Positions 9,678 through 18,540 of a stretch of DNA of 54,835 nt are shown here, piece by piece. Source of the DNA: Clostridium sp. CAG:568 (GTDB lineage: Bacteria > Bacillota_I > Bacilli_A > RFN20 > CAG-288); the NCBI GenBank assembly GCA_000434395.1, contig FR878802.1, positions 1 through 54,835 on the forward strand. The letters are read 5' to 3'. Under the pieces are notes generated by a model, which made no database searches, had not been told where the DNA came from, and worked only from the letters and a program-made list of their open reading frames with translations. Made by a program: the position numbers and the translations under genes. How positions within the stretch are numbered: the stretch's first letter is position 1; each line of letters begins with the position of its first letter.

Positions 9678-9914
9678 TTATTGACTCTTCAAAGTCGGAA
9701 TTTCATTTATATATTCCCATTCAATCCCCCAATGAAAGTTATTAGAAATCATATCTTCCGCTTCATACGAGGAAGTATTTCCATTAAAGAAAACAAAGGA
9801 ATCTTCACTCCACGTCTCCGGCTTTACATCAGACTCTGAAAATTTAATAGCATTCTCGTCCACATCGATAAAAGCCTCAGCTTCTATACAAGCGATATCT
9901 TTAGACAAAAACAA
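9678..9914 (-). CDS. hypothetical acidic protein, possibly a gene remnant
   Basis: 78-aa ORF with a TTG start and no convincing RBS. No recognisable motif. Confidence 0.25.
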   Translation of the reverse strand: MFLSKDIACIEAEAFIDVDENAIKFSESDVKPETWSEDSFVFFNGNTSSYEAEDMISNNFHWGIEWEYINEIPTLKSQ

Positions 9915-10058
9915 TGCCTTAGGACCATATCATAAAGATATAAAAGTTCAGGGCGAATGGTATAAGTTCTACCAATTATAGTTTAAGAAGCGTTAACAAA
10001 AATATCAAAACATAAGTCCCTTATCTAATTCTATTGATAACTAATTTGCTAGTATCAA

Positions 10059-10772
10059 TCATTTCATTATCTTTTCTAATTGAAAATACTTTTTATGATC
10101 ATCATCGATCAGGCTTTTCAATCTCATCAACCCATCGCTGAAATTAGAAACCTTAGCGTATGAATTGATATAAGGCATCGTCAAAAAATCATATGAAGTC
10201 ATGATTCTTTCATCTCCACCATTGATGGTGAAGAATTCCTTCAGTGTTTTATATTCTTTTCCTTCGAAAAAGAACGATTTCTTTTTCGATAATAAATATC
10301 CTAAATCAAACCAACTCTCAATAGGATGAGAATTATATTCATCAGTTATTCTCTTTATCGAGCTATAAAAAGTCGGTCTATTTTTATCCAGTCCTTTAAT
10401 TTCTAAGAATCTGAGAAGCAATCCTTTAGATAGTAAAGATTGTAATTCGACAATGGGTCTAGGCGCATTGTTCAATATCGTGAGTCCTAATTCATTCGAG
10501 TCATTCAATCTAATACCGCCCAATGCTAATTTATGTCCAGGATTTAGTAGGAATGATATTTCAAAAAGAGCAATTTCTTTATCTTTGTTGTCTAAAAAAA
10601 TACTGACTGCCCTCTTGCCTTTCTCAATATCCATCTCATATAGCCAGTTAGTAAATGATGAATCGTTGAATTGATCGATGAACAAATCTGGGTAAAGACA
10701 CATTTCATCACCGACTTGTTCTAAAGATGAATAAGACAATCTATCGTTGATTCTAAATGTTCTCTTGATCAT
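10059..10772 (-). CDS. hypothetical soluble protein (third gene of an overlapping trio)
   Basis: 237 aa. Its start overlaps the upstream stop by 4 nt (ATGA). No motif recognised. Confidence 0.65.
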   Translation of the reverse strand: MIKRTFRINDRLSYSSLEQVGDEMCLYPDLFIDQFNDSSFTNWLYEMDIEKGKRAVSIFLDNKDKEIALFEISFLLNPGHKLALGGIRLNDSNELGLTILNNAPRPIVELQSLLSKGLLLRFLEIKGLDKNRPTFYSSIKRITDEYNSHPIESWFDLGYLLSKKKSFFFEGKEYKTLKEFFTINGGDERIMTSYDFLTMPYINSYAKVSNFSDGLMRLKSLIDDDHKKYFQLEKIMK

Positions 10773-11812
10773 ATGGCGATTCCTCTTTGCATGTCGATGA
10801 TGACTACTATAAAGCTAAACACTACCAAGAAGAAAAAGACCCAACTTATCGAGGAGAACAAAGTATCCAATATTCGATGATTCTTTTGTCTAGTAATCTT
10901 CAGCATGCTTTTAATCTTGGTCGATTCTTCAAACACAAATCTATTAATTGAATCTTTATCTAATATCATCTTGTCTTTAATATGTTCGACAAGATAAGAC
11001 ATCAAGTTCCCTGCCAACTTGTCTATTTTATTCAAAAGTTGAACAGATTTGTTTTTGGAGAAATTCAAGACATAATCAAACCCACTATCTCTTCTAGATT
11101 TTATAGAGAAGATAGTAGCGAACAAAATATCGTATATCAATGTTCCGACAATAGGAATAAAAAGTGCGTAAGTCGATAAATAAGACCAATCTGGAGAAAT
11201 CAAAAACTCTCGCATCAATCCATTAGAGAAAAGATAAAGAGAGAAGAAATTGCTGAATAACAACAATAAGACTGATAGGAAGGACTCAATAAATCTCAAT
11301 CCACCAGCTCTTCTATCTCTACTCTTAACTTCATCGATTACATTGGTCATTCTAAAGACTTGATCTTTGTGCCACCCATCGATTCTTTTGGAAACAATTT
11401 CAATTTTATCTTCATCAGAAATATTATTATTTACTATTAGTTCATCTATAGTCAAAATTTCGCCTTTATAGTCGATCAAGAGTTGTCCTATGGATAAAGG
11501 GCAATCCTTGGGTTGCTCTTTTTCAAAAGGGTTGACCCACCAATTGACAAAAGAATGTATAGCATACTCAAATACATGTGTCTCTAAAGAGGCGTAGTCC
11601 ATCATATTGGTAACCGCAAAATCCAAATCACGAAGTGAAGCATATTCATACATCAGTGAAGGAAGATAAGTCAAAGAAGCTTGTTGCAATTTGATCATGG
11701 ATTCTATGTAGACAGGCGAGTTCTTCAACGAAACTGAAAGTTGTTGAACAACCTTATAGCAATTAATTCCCGAAGCTTCCATCAATAATCTATTTCTATC
11801 AAGAGTATTCAT
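10769..11812 (-). CDS. hypothetical membrane protein (soluble N-domain, central TM bundle, C-terminal TM)
   Basis: 347 aa. ATGA overlaps at both ends. Hydrophobic blocks FIESFLSVLLLLFSNFFSLYLF, YALFIPIVGTLIYDILFATIF and WVFFFLVVFSFIVVII. Confidence 0.65.
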   Translation of the reverse strand: MNTLDRNRLLMEASGINCYKVVQQLSVSLKNSPVYIESMIKLQQASLTYLPSLMYEYASLRDLDFAVTNMMDYASLETHVFEYAIHSFVNWWVNPFEKEQPKDCPLSIGQLLIDYKGEILTIDELIVNNNISDEDKIEIVSKRIDGWHKDQVFRMTNVIDEVKSRDRRAGGLRFIESFLSVLLLLFSNFFSLYLFSNGLMREFLISPDWSYLSTYALFIPIVGTLIYDILFATIFSIKSRRDSGFDYVLNFSKNKSVQLLNKIDKLAGNLMSYLVEHIKDKMILDKDSINRFVFEESTKIKSMLKITRQKNHRILDTLFSSISWVFFFLVVFSFIVVIIDMQRGIAI

Positions 11813-12333
11813 AAAGGCATCACCTCACTATAAGGAACAAAGTAATTGAATATCGGTTCAAAAAATCCATAGTCTATAGTTAAAGCTGGTCTCATTCCAC
11901 TTATAAAATAAAATACAGTTGTGACTGACATGCACATAAACAATATGGAATAGGTTAGATGGATAAACTTATGACCTATTCCTCTATTGAAAGGATTGGA
12001 TAAATGCACAAAGTGCTGTGATGATATTCTAAATGTCAAAAGCAAGACTAGAAAAATCACCATTATCAAAAATGTTCCCGAAGTCAAATATAACGCCTCT
12101 AAGTTCTTTGGAGAGTAACCGAAAATAGGTTTAAGAAATTCATAGAATCCTTTCCCGATTGCATTTAGAACTTTATACTCAAAATAAAACTTGTCGAATA
12201 GAAAGAAAAAGAATAAACAAATATAAGGAGGAAAGAAAGACCAAAGCAAAACTTTTATCTTGTTGTAGGAAACAAAAAAGGAAATAGCTATACAGCATAC
12301 CAATGGAATTGTTATAAGCCATGATAGGACCAT
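11809..12333 (-). CDS. hypothetical polytopic membrane protein
   Basis: 174 aa with about 5 hydrophobic helices. It lies 40 nt downstream of rluD on the same strand. Confidence 0.6.
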   Translation of the reverse strand: MVLSWLITIPLVCCIAISFFVSYNKIKVLLWSFFPPYICLFFFFLFDKFYFEYKVLNAIGKGFYEFLKPIFGYSPKNLEALYLTSGTFLIMVIFLVLLLTFRISSQHFVHLSNPFNRGIGHKFIHLTYSILFMCMSVTTVFYFISGMRPALTIDYGFFEPIFNYFVPYSEVMPL

Positions 12334-12373
12334 GATAACCGTCTCCTTTTATGTTTCTTATTTTACCTAATAA

Positions 12374-13336
12374 TTAACTCAAATCAGAAAGTATTTTGCG
12401 AAGGTGATCGGGAAGAGGTGCTTCAAATGTCATACCAGAAAGATATGATAGAACACCATCGATCTTCAAAAAACTGAATGTAGCTGCGTGAAGGAATTGA
12501 GACTTCAATCCATAGAGATCTTCAAATTCTTTATTTATTTCAAAGTTTCCGTACTTTCCATCACCTACAACCGGATGACCAATCAAAGAGAAATGGGCAC
12601 GAATCTGATGTGTTCTACCAGTCAACAATTCAACATTCACTAATGCAGTATTGGAGAATTGCTTGACTCTTTTATATTCAGTTATCGCTGTCTTAGCACC
12701 TTCTTTCAATGTACCAGCCCTGACCATTCCTTTATCAGCATCTTTGAGCAAAGGAATATTGATAGTTCCTGAGCCATTCAACTTTCCATAAACCAAGGCT
12801 GTATATGATTTCTTTATTTGAGTTCTATCTCTGAACAAAGCCAATAATTCCTGCATTGCAGGAAGATTCTTGGCACAGATGACAATGCCAGTGGTATTTC
12901 TATCCAATCTATGACAAGGTCCAGGAACAAAGCCATAAGAATTGTTCGGGTTGAATTCACCTTTTTGTATAAGGTATGAGGTCAGCATATTAGCTAAAGT
13001 GAATTTGCTATCCTTTCCATCAGAATGAATGAGCAATCCTCTCGGTTTATTTACAACCACTATATTCTTATCTTCATAGATGATATCCAAAGGAGTAGAA
13101 ATCGGTTTTTCTACATAATCCTTCTTAAATTTTTCTAAAAGATCTGGTTTTAAATATATAAATAAGGTATCGCCATCTTGCAAAATATATTTAATATCTA
13201 CCTTTTTTCCATTAACTTTGACATCTTTTTGCCTAAAAAGCTTATAAATGAAGGATAAAGGAGCTTCTTTTATCCATCTTTTGATAAATTTGTCGACTCT
13301 TTGGTTGGCCTGTTCGGCGGTAATTTTAATTTCCAT
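12374..13336 (-). CDS. rluD: RluA-family 23S rRNA pseudouridine synthase with S4 domain (RluD-like)
   Basis: Catalytic motif HRLDRNTTGIVICAK, plus GRTHQIRAH and an N-terminal S4-like segment. ATG at 13336 is preferred over the TTG at 13354. Confidence 0.85.
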   Translation of the reverse strand: MEIKITAEQANQRVDKFIKRWIKEAPLSFIYKLFRQKDVKVNGKKVDIKYILQDGDTLFIYLKPDLLEKFKKDYVEKPISTPLDIIYEDKNIVVVNKPRGLLIHSDGKDSKFTLANMLTSYLIQKGEFNPNNSYGFVPGPCHRLDRNTTGIVICAKNLPAMQELLALFRDRTQIKKSYTALVYGKLNGSGTINIPLLKDADKGMVRAGTLKEGAKTAITEYKRVKQFSNTALVNVELLTGRTHQIRAHFSLIGHPVVGDGKYGNFEINKEFEDLYGLKSQFLHAATFSFLKIDGVLSYLSGMTFEAPLPDHLRKILSDLS

Positions 13337-13388
13337 GCAAATTTCTCTTTTCAAATCAAATCTTTTCTATTATAATACTACACGCGCT

Positions 13389-13479
13389 GGAGAGATACCC
13401 AAGTGGTTGAAGGGGTGGGCTTGGAAAGCTCATAGTGGCAGAAATGCCAGCAAGAGTTCAAATCTCTTTCTCTCCGCCA
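13389..13479 (+). tRNA. tRNA-Ser (anticodon GGA), CCA encoded
   Basis: Hand-folded cloverleaf. Acceptor GGAGAGA/TCTCTCC. Anticodon stem TGGGC/GCTCA with loop TTGGAAA. Long variable arm. T-arm AAGAG-TTCAAAT-CTCTT. Confidence 0.9.
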
Positions 13480-13528
13480 GTTGAAATGCTATTTGAACTC
13501 TTACTATTAGGTAAGAAGTTCGGATTTA
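13474..13528 (+). repeat. 55-nt tRNA 3' end plus trailer, copy 1 (contains a bulged 10-bp hairpin)
   Basis: CCGCCAGTTGAAATGCTATTTGAACTCTTACTATTAGGTAAGAAGTTCGGATTTA. It is identical to 14921..14975 except for one base. Confidence 0.9.
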
Positions 13529-13587
13529 TTGAACGTATTTATAAATAATAATATAATTACTCTGAAGAGTAAAAGAGGTGATTTGCA

Positions 13588-14511
13588 TTGACAAAGAAAA
13601 CAAAATATCAACCATTAGCTGATTTTCTTACGGAATCAAATAAAGAAGATATAACTCTGACATTTACTGACATTGAAAAAATATTAGGATTTAATCTATC
13701 TCCATCAGCAAGAAAACATAGACCTGGCTGGGCGAATAATTCTCAGGAGGCCTTATCATGGGGTTGGATGCCTGTAGGATATAAATCTTATGCAATTAAT
13801 ATGAAGAATGAAATAGCTCATTTTAGAAAAGTTGGATTTGCTAATACAAATCACTCAAAGAAAACTAGTATAAGACAAACAGCTACAAGAAAACCAAAAC
13901 TACATGCTACAAACGGTATTGTCATCACAAATGAACTTATTGAGGAAGCTCATCAACAAGTTGAAGCGACTAACAACTATGGAAAAGAAGATGATTTAAT
14001 TACTAATTGTTTTAAAAGATTTCCTAAAAATGATGATGTGACAATTGTTGCAATGAAAGTTGGCTTAATTGATATAACCAATTCAACTCATGTTTCTCAA
14101 CATAAAAGTAAAATTAGTGTAGTTGAAATCGCTGAGTGTATTGTAGGCATTAAAGATATTGATGAACGAATTAAAAATGGTGATCCTACAGTTGTAAATG
14201 AGATAGCTAAATCAAACGGAAATATAAATTTATTTTCATTTGCTACTAAGTATTGTTGCTATCATAATAAAAACTTATACGAAAAGGATGATTATTCTAT
14301 TTTGGATACCATTTTGAAAGATCACTTGCCTGATTATTTTGCTGATATAACAACTGGGCAGATAAAGAAATGGGTAGATTCTTATGACTATAAATCTTAT
14401 AACGATTATCTAACAAGAAAACTTGATGAATTAGGAATAAATGTTCCATTTAGAAAAAGAAAACTTGACCATTATATTTGGTTTAATAATAGAAAAAAGA
14501 AGGAGTATTAA
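13588..14511 (+). CDS. hypothetical protein (TTG start) between the two tRNA-Ser genes
   Basis: 307-aa ORF. AAAGAGGTG lies 7 nt upstream of the TTG. No firm family assignment. Confidence 0.6.
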   Translation: MTKKTKYQPLADFLTESNKEDITLTFTDIEKILGFNLSPSARKHRPGWANNSQEALSWGWMPVGYKSYAINMKNEIAHFRKVGFANTNHSKKTSIRQTATRKPKLHATNGIVITNELIEEAHQQVEATNNYGKEDDLITNCFKRFPKNDDVTIVAMKVGLIDITNSTHVSQHKSKISVVEIAECIVGIKDIDERIKNGDPTVVNEIAKSNGNINLFSFATKYCCYHNKNLYEKDDYSILDTILKDHLPDYFADITTGQIKKWVDSYDYKSYNDYLTRKLDELGINVPFRKRKLDHYIWFNNRKKKEY

Positions 14512-14835
14512 AGATAGAAGAATTAAACAAATGTGGATGACTTTTCATTTGCTTAATAGGGATACGAAAAAATAAAGAAGGGTACGAAGTTGTATCAAAT
14601 GTTGTGTTTCTAGACATTAAGAAAAAATCAACGGCACGAAAGTGTCGCTTTTTTTGTAGATATACAATCCCTATGCAATTTTGATACACTTCTAAAACAC
14701 TTGCCGATAAAAAAAGCACGTTCTTTTGGATAATCGTGTCTTGAAAACCATTTCTAATAACTATATTAATAAAAAACACTATTCACTTTTATTAATAATT
14801 TGCTAAAATAATGTGCTGTCCATATAAAGACAGAT

Positions 14836-14926
14836 GGAGAAATACCCAAGCGGTTCAAGGGAACGGTCTTGAAAACCGTCAGGGGGAGCAATCCCCGCTA
14901 GAGTTCGAATCTCTATTTCTCCGCCA
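14836..14926 (+). tRNA. tRNA-Ser (anticodon TGA), CCA encoded
   Basis: Hand-folded. Acceptor GGAGAAA/TTTCTCC. Anticodon stem ACGGT/ACCGT with loop CTTGAAA. Long variable arm. T-arm TAGAG-TTCGAAT-CTCTA. Confidence 0.9.
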
Positions 14927-14975
14927 GTTGAAATGCTATTCGAACTCTTACTATTAGGTAAGAAGTTCGGATTTA
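14921..14975 (+). repeat. 55-nt tRNA 3' end plus trailer, copy 2
   Basis: One mismatch (C for T) relative to 13474..13528. Confidence 0.9.
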
Positions 14976-15014
14976 AGACTAGCCTTGCCAAAATCAAGAG
15001 TAGTCGATAGAAAT

Positions 15015-15060
15015 AGAGGGTATGAAAACTCCAGATTTGAGGGGTAATACCCTCTTTTTT
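15015..15060 (+). terminator. possible terminator after the tRNA-Ser(TGA) unit
   Basis: AGAGGGTA ... TACCCTC stem followed by TTTTTT. The 25-nt loop is long, so this call is only moderate. Confidence 0.4.
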
Positions 15061-15327
15061 AATGCAAAAAACAGGTTGGAGTCGAACAAAATACGTCAAA
15101 AACTAACAGCCTTGAAAAAAGGATATGCCTCGGCTAGCCTTATCATGAGAAAATTTTAGCATTCGGAAAAACATATCAAGCTTTTTATCTTCTAAAAGAA
15201 GAAAAAACATTAGTTTGATCCAAATTTATGAAAAGAAAGGATTAAGTACATCCAAATGCAAAAGGAGAAGAGGGAAAAACTTAATAGTTTATGCCAACAG
15301 CTTTTAAAATTTCTTGATTTAGATCGG

Positions 15328-15356
15328 TTGACATAAAGAAGTAAAACTACTATATT
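15328..15356 (+). promoter_or_regulatory. sigma-A-type promoter for the 15391 lipoprotein gene
   Basis: TTGACA, 17-nt spacer, TATATT. Confidence 0.4.
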
Positions 15357-15390
15357 CCATTTTTGTAAAGATTAATGAGAGAACAAAAAT

Positions 15391-15864
15391 ATGAAAAAGA
15401 AAATAAGTTTATCAATTTTATTAAGTTGTCTTATTTTAAATTCTTTATATGGATGTTCATCTGAAGATGATTATTTCAAGCAAAAAATAACTCCCTATTT
15501 GAGCTTTGAAGCTTTTATCAATTATTTAGATGAATCGAAAGAAGATGATGAAAGAGATGTTGGGGTTATTGAATATGAGGATAGAGGGGAACAGGGGAAA
15601 GGTTTTAATATTAATACTGACCAAGTAACACCTCTATTAAAGAAAATAAAATTTAGTATCGATAAAACTGTAAAAGAAGAATATGCACCTGATAATTTTT
15701 TTTGGATTTTAGAAATCAAATCAAAAATTCAAATAAAAGGGTATTCCTATGAAGATAGAGAATACGACTATATTTTAGAATTTAACAAAGATTTTCATGT
15801 AAGAGTTATTGTAGAACATTGGGAAAGATGGTCATATAACGATTTTTTTTCAAATAATTATTAA
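15391..15864 (+). CDS. lipoprotein, function unknown
   Basis: Signal peptide with lipobox LYGCSS. 157 aa. Confidence 0.7.
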   Translation: MKKKISLSILLSCLILNSLYGCSSEDDYFKQKITPYLSFEAFINYLDESKEDDERDVGVIEYEDRGEQGKGFNINTDQVTPLLKKIKFSIDKTVKEEYAPDNFFWILEIKSKIQIKGYSYEDREYDYILEFNKDFHVRVIVEHWERWSYNDFFSNNY

Positions 15865-15892
15865 ACCGATTTGGATAGTCTGAATTTACTAA

Positions 15893-16519
15893 ATGATTTT
15901 TACAAAAAGGGTGTGGCAAATGATGATTAAATATTCGATATTAAATAAAAATATCTATATTAATCCAGTCAATTTTACTTATTCCTTTAACGAAGAAGAT
16001 TTACAAGGAATTGCCCCTGCATTAAGCACCAGTTTACCGGAAGATAAAATTCTGAGAATCTTTAAGCCAAAGTGTTATTAGTTTGGAATCGATATCTCGG
16101 ATAAGTGTAATCTTCGTTGTTCTTATTGCTTCAATAAAAATATGACTGGAAGAATCATTCCTTTCGAAAAAGCAAAAGATTTTCTAGATAAGATGTTCTC
16201 GACTTTTCCAAATGGGGAAAAATACTTTGTTGATCTTTCTGGAAAAGGCGAGCCTCTCATGAATTTACCTGTGATTTTAAAAATTGCAAAGTATTGCCAA
16301 GATAAGAGTGATGAATTAAATGTTGAGGTATTACCTACTTTTGTATGCAATGGGACTTTGCTTTCTCCTATCGTGGCTGAAATATTACAAAAGAACGAAA
16401 TTCTTTTTGGCGTAAGCCTGGATGGCGATAAAGAAACACATGATCTTTATAGAAAGGACAAGAATGGTGAGGGCACTTATAGTGAGATTATTCACAATGT
16501 CTTACAAATTAAAAATTGA
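15893..16519 (+). pseudogene. radical SAM (SPASM/maturase-like) gene with an in-frame TAG and a 3' truncation
   Basis: ORFs 15893..16081 and 16142..16519 share one frame. The TAG at 16079-16081 is followed in frame by FGIDISDKCNLRCSYCF (CxxxCxxC) and GKGEPLM. The reading frame ends after about 145 aa of a domain that is normally more than 300 aa. Confidence 0.6.
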
Positions 16520-16560
16520 GAGTATATCGGGTGCACTACACTGAAGCTTGGCTTTTCCTT

Positions 16561-18540
16561 TTATTCCAGTTCAAACGCACCAGTATATAACTGATAGTAA
16601 GTTCCTTTCATGTCAATCAATTGATCGTGAGTTCCTCTTTCAATAATCTTTCCGTGATCCAATACCATAATGACATCTGAGTTTTGAATTGTGGAGAGAC
16701 GATGAGCTATGACAAATACGGTTCTACCATTCATCAAGTTATCCATACCTTTTGTAACTATGGCTTCTGTTCTAGTATCGATAGAGGATGTAGCTTCATC
16801 CAAGATCAAGACAGGTGCATCATTTACTGCAGCACGAGCAATGGATAGTAGTTGACGTTGACCTTGAGACAAGTTTCCACCATCATTGGTGAGCATTGTC
16901 TGATATCCGTTAGGAAGACGTGTGATGAATGAATCGGCATTAGCTAACTTTGCAGCAGCAATACACTCTTCATCAGTAGCATCCAATCTTCCGTAACGGA
17001 TGTTATCCATGATAGTTCCAGTAAACAAATTAGTATCCTGCAAGACCATTCCAAGAGATCCTCTCAATGAAGATTTCTTAATCTTATTTATATTGATTCC
17101 GTCATATCTAATCTTTCCATCAGCTATGTCATAGAATCTATTCAACAAATTGGTAATGGTTGTTTTCCCAGCTCCTGTGCTACCGACAAAGGCCACTTTT
17201 TGACCAGGCTTTGCATATAAAGTAATATCGTGAAGAACAACCTTATTTGGATTATAAGCAAAGTCCACATCGAACATTCTTATATCGCCTTCGAGCAAAG
17301 TATAAGTAATAGTACCATCAGCAGTATGAGGATGTTTCCAAGCCCAGATTGTCTGATTTTGTCTTTTAGCTTCGACGATGTTTCCTTGCTCATCGTATTT
17401 AGCACGAACCAAAGTGACATATCCATCATCTACTTCAGAAGTTTCATCCATCATTTGACATACTCTTTCACAGCCACCATATGCCAATCCGACAGAGTTT
17501 ACCTGGTTAGCCATTTGAGAAGCATTGTTGGTCATCTGTTTGACCATAGGTAGGAACGAAACGACTATTCCTACTGTGATTTCAGCATAACTTCCAGACA
17601 AAGTCGGATTCTTAACGTGTCCAATATAAAGCAATGTTCCAACAATAGCGATAACCACATACAAGATATTACCGATATTTCCAAGAATTGGCATCATAGT
17701 GTTTGCATATGAGTTTGCCTTGGTGGAAACATCTTGCAAGTTTCTAACAATAACATCGAAATCCGCTTCGCCTTGTTCCTCATGGTTGAACGATTTGATC
17801 ACCTTCAAGCCGTTCATCATCTCTTCGACATATCCTTCTTCTTTTCCTAAAACTCTTTGTTGAGCGACGAAGTTCTTCGATGATTTTCCACCTACTTTAT
17901 AAGTCACGAAGAACATCCAAACCACAAAGAGCATAACAATAAGAGTTAAATATATAGAAGAGAACAACATGACGAACAAAACACAAACGAACAGTATTCC
18001 AGAAATCATTATTTCTGGAATAGATTGAATCAAGAATTGTCTTACCGTATCGATATCGTTGAGATATATAGACATAATGTCTCCCTTATCGTGACAATCG
18101 AAGTAAGAAATAGGAAGACTTTCCATATGGATGAAAACTTTCTTACGAAGCTCATCCATATACTTTTGACCATATGTGGCATTAATAAGTGAATAGGAGA
18201 ACGATCCTATTACCGATATAACATAACATGTCACTAGAATCATTAGCCACGGGAAAATCTTGCTCCAAAGTTCATCTGGTGAAACAGATAAAACATAGTG
18301 ACCTGTCAGCTCATTAAATACTGCATATTGACCATATATGTTGGTGACTTGTTGTATGACAACAGGTGCAACAATATTTCCGACAGCAACAAAGAAAATA
18401 CAAATCAAAGCGATTGAGAATGCCCATTTATGGTTTCTAGCATAATCCAAGACACATCTCATCATAGGATTCTTACCTTTTTTAATAGGTTTGTCCTTGA
18501 TATCGATGTTTTCTTTATTCATTGAGATTTCTTCAGACAT
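16561..18540 (-). CDS. ABC exporter, fused permease/ATPase (second subunit of a heterodimer)
   Basis: Six-TM domain. Walker A GSTGAGKTT, signature LSQGQRQ, Walker B LILDEATS. ATG at 18540 sits 8 nt after GGGAGG. Confidence 0.9.
   Translation of the reverse strand: MSEEISMNKENIDIKDKPIKKGKNPMMRCVLDYARNHKWAFSIALICIFFVAVGNIVAPVVIQQVTNIYGQYAVFNELTGHYVLSVSPDELWSKIFPWLMILVTCYVISVIGSFSYSLINATYGQKYMDELRKKVFIHMESLPISYFDCHDKGDIMSIYLNDIDTVRQFLIQSIPEIMISGILFVCVLFVMLFSSIYLTLIVMLFVVWMFFVTYKVGGKSSKNFVAQQRVLGKEEGYVEEMMNGLKVIKSFNHEEQGEADFDVIVRNLQDVSTKANSYANTMMPILGNIGNILYVVIAIVGTLLYIGHVKNPTLSGSYAEITVGIVVSFLPMVKQMTNNASQMANQVNSVGLAYGGCERVCQMMDETSEVDDGYVTLVRAKYDEQGNIVEAKRQNQTIWAWKHPHTADGTITYTLLEGDIRMFDVDFAYNPNKVVLHDITLYAKPGQKVAFVGSTGAGKTTITNLLNRFYDIADGKIRYDGININKIKKSSLRGSLGMVLQDTNLFTGTIMDNIRYGRLDATDEECIAAAKLANADSFITRLPNGYQTMLTNDGGNLSQGQRQLLSIARAAVNDAPVLILDEATSSIDTRTEAIVTKGMDNLMNGRTVFVIAHRLSTIQNSDVIMVLDHGKIIERGTHDQLIDMKGTYYQLYTGAFELE

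Noticed and set aside
14483-15099. Two 98-aa minus-strand ORFs (14483..14779 and 14803..15099)
   Set aside because: The second runs antisense through tRNA-Ser(TGA) and its trailer. Both lack an RBS, have odd composition and lie in an otherwise non-coding tRNA spacer, so they are treated as spurious.
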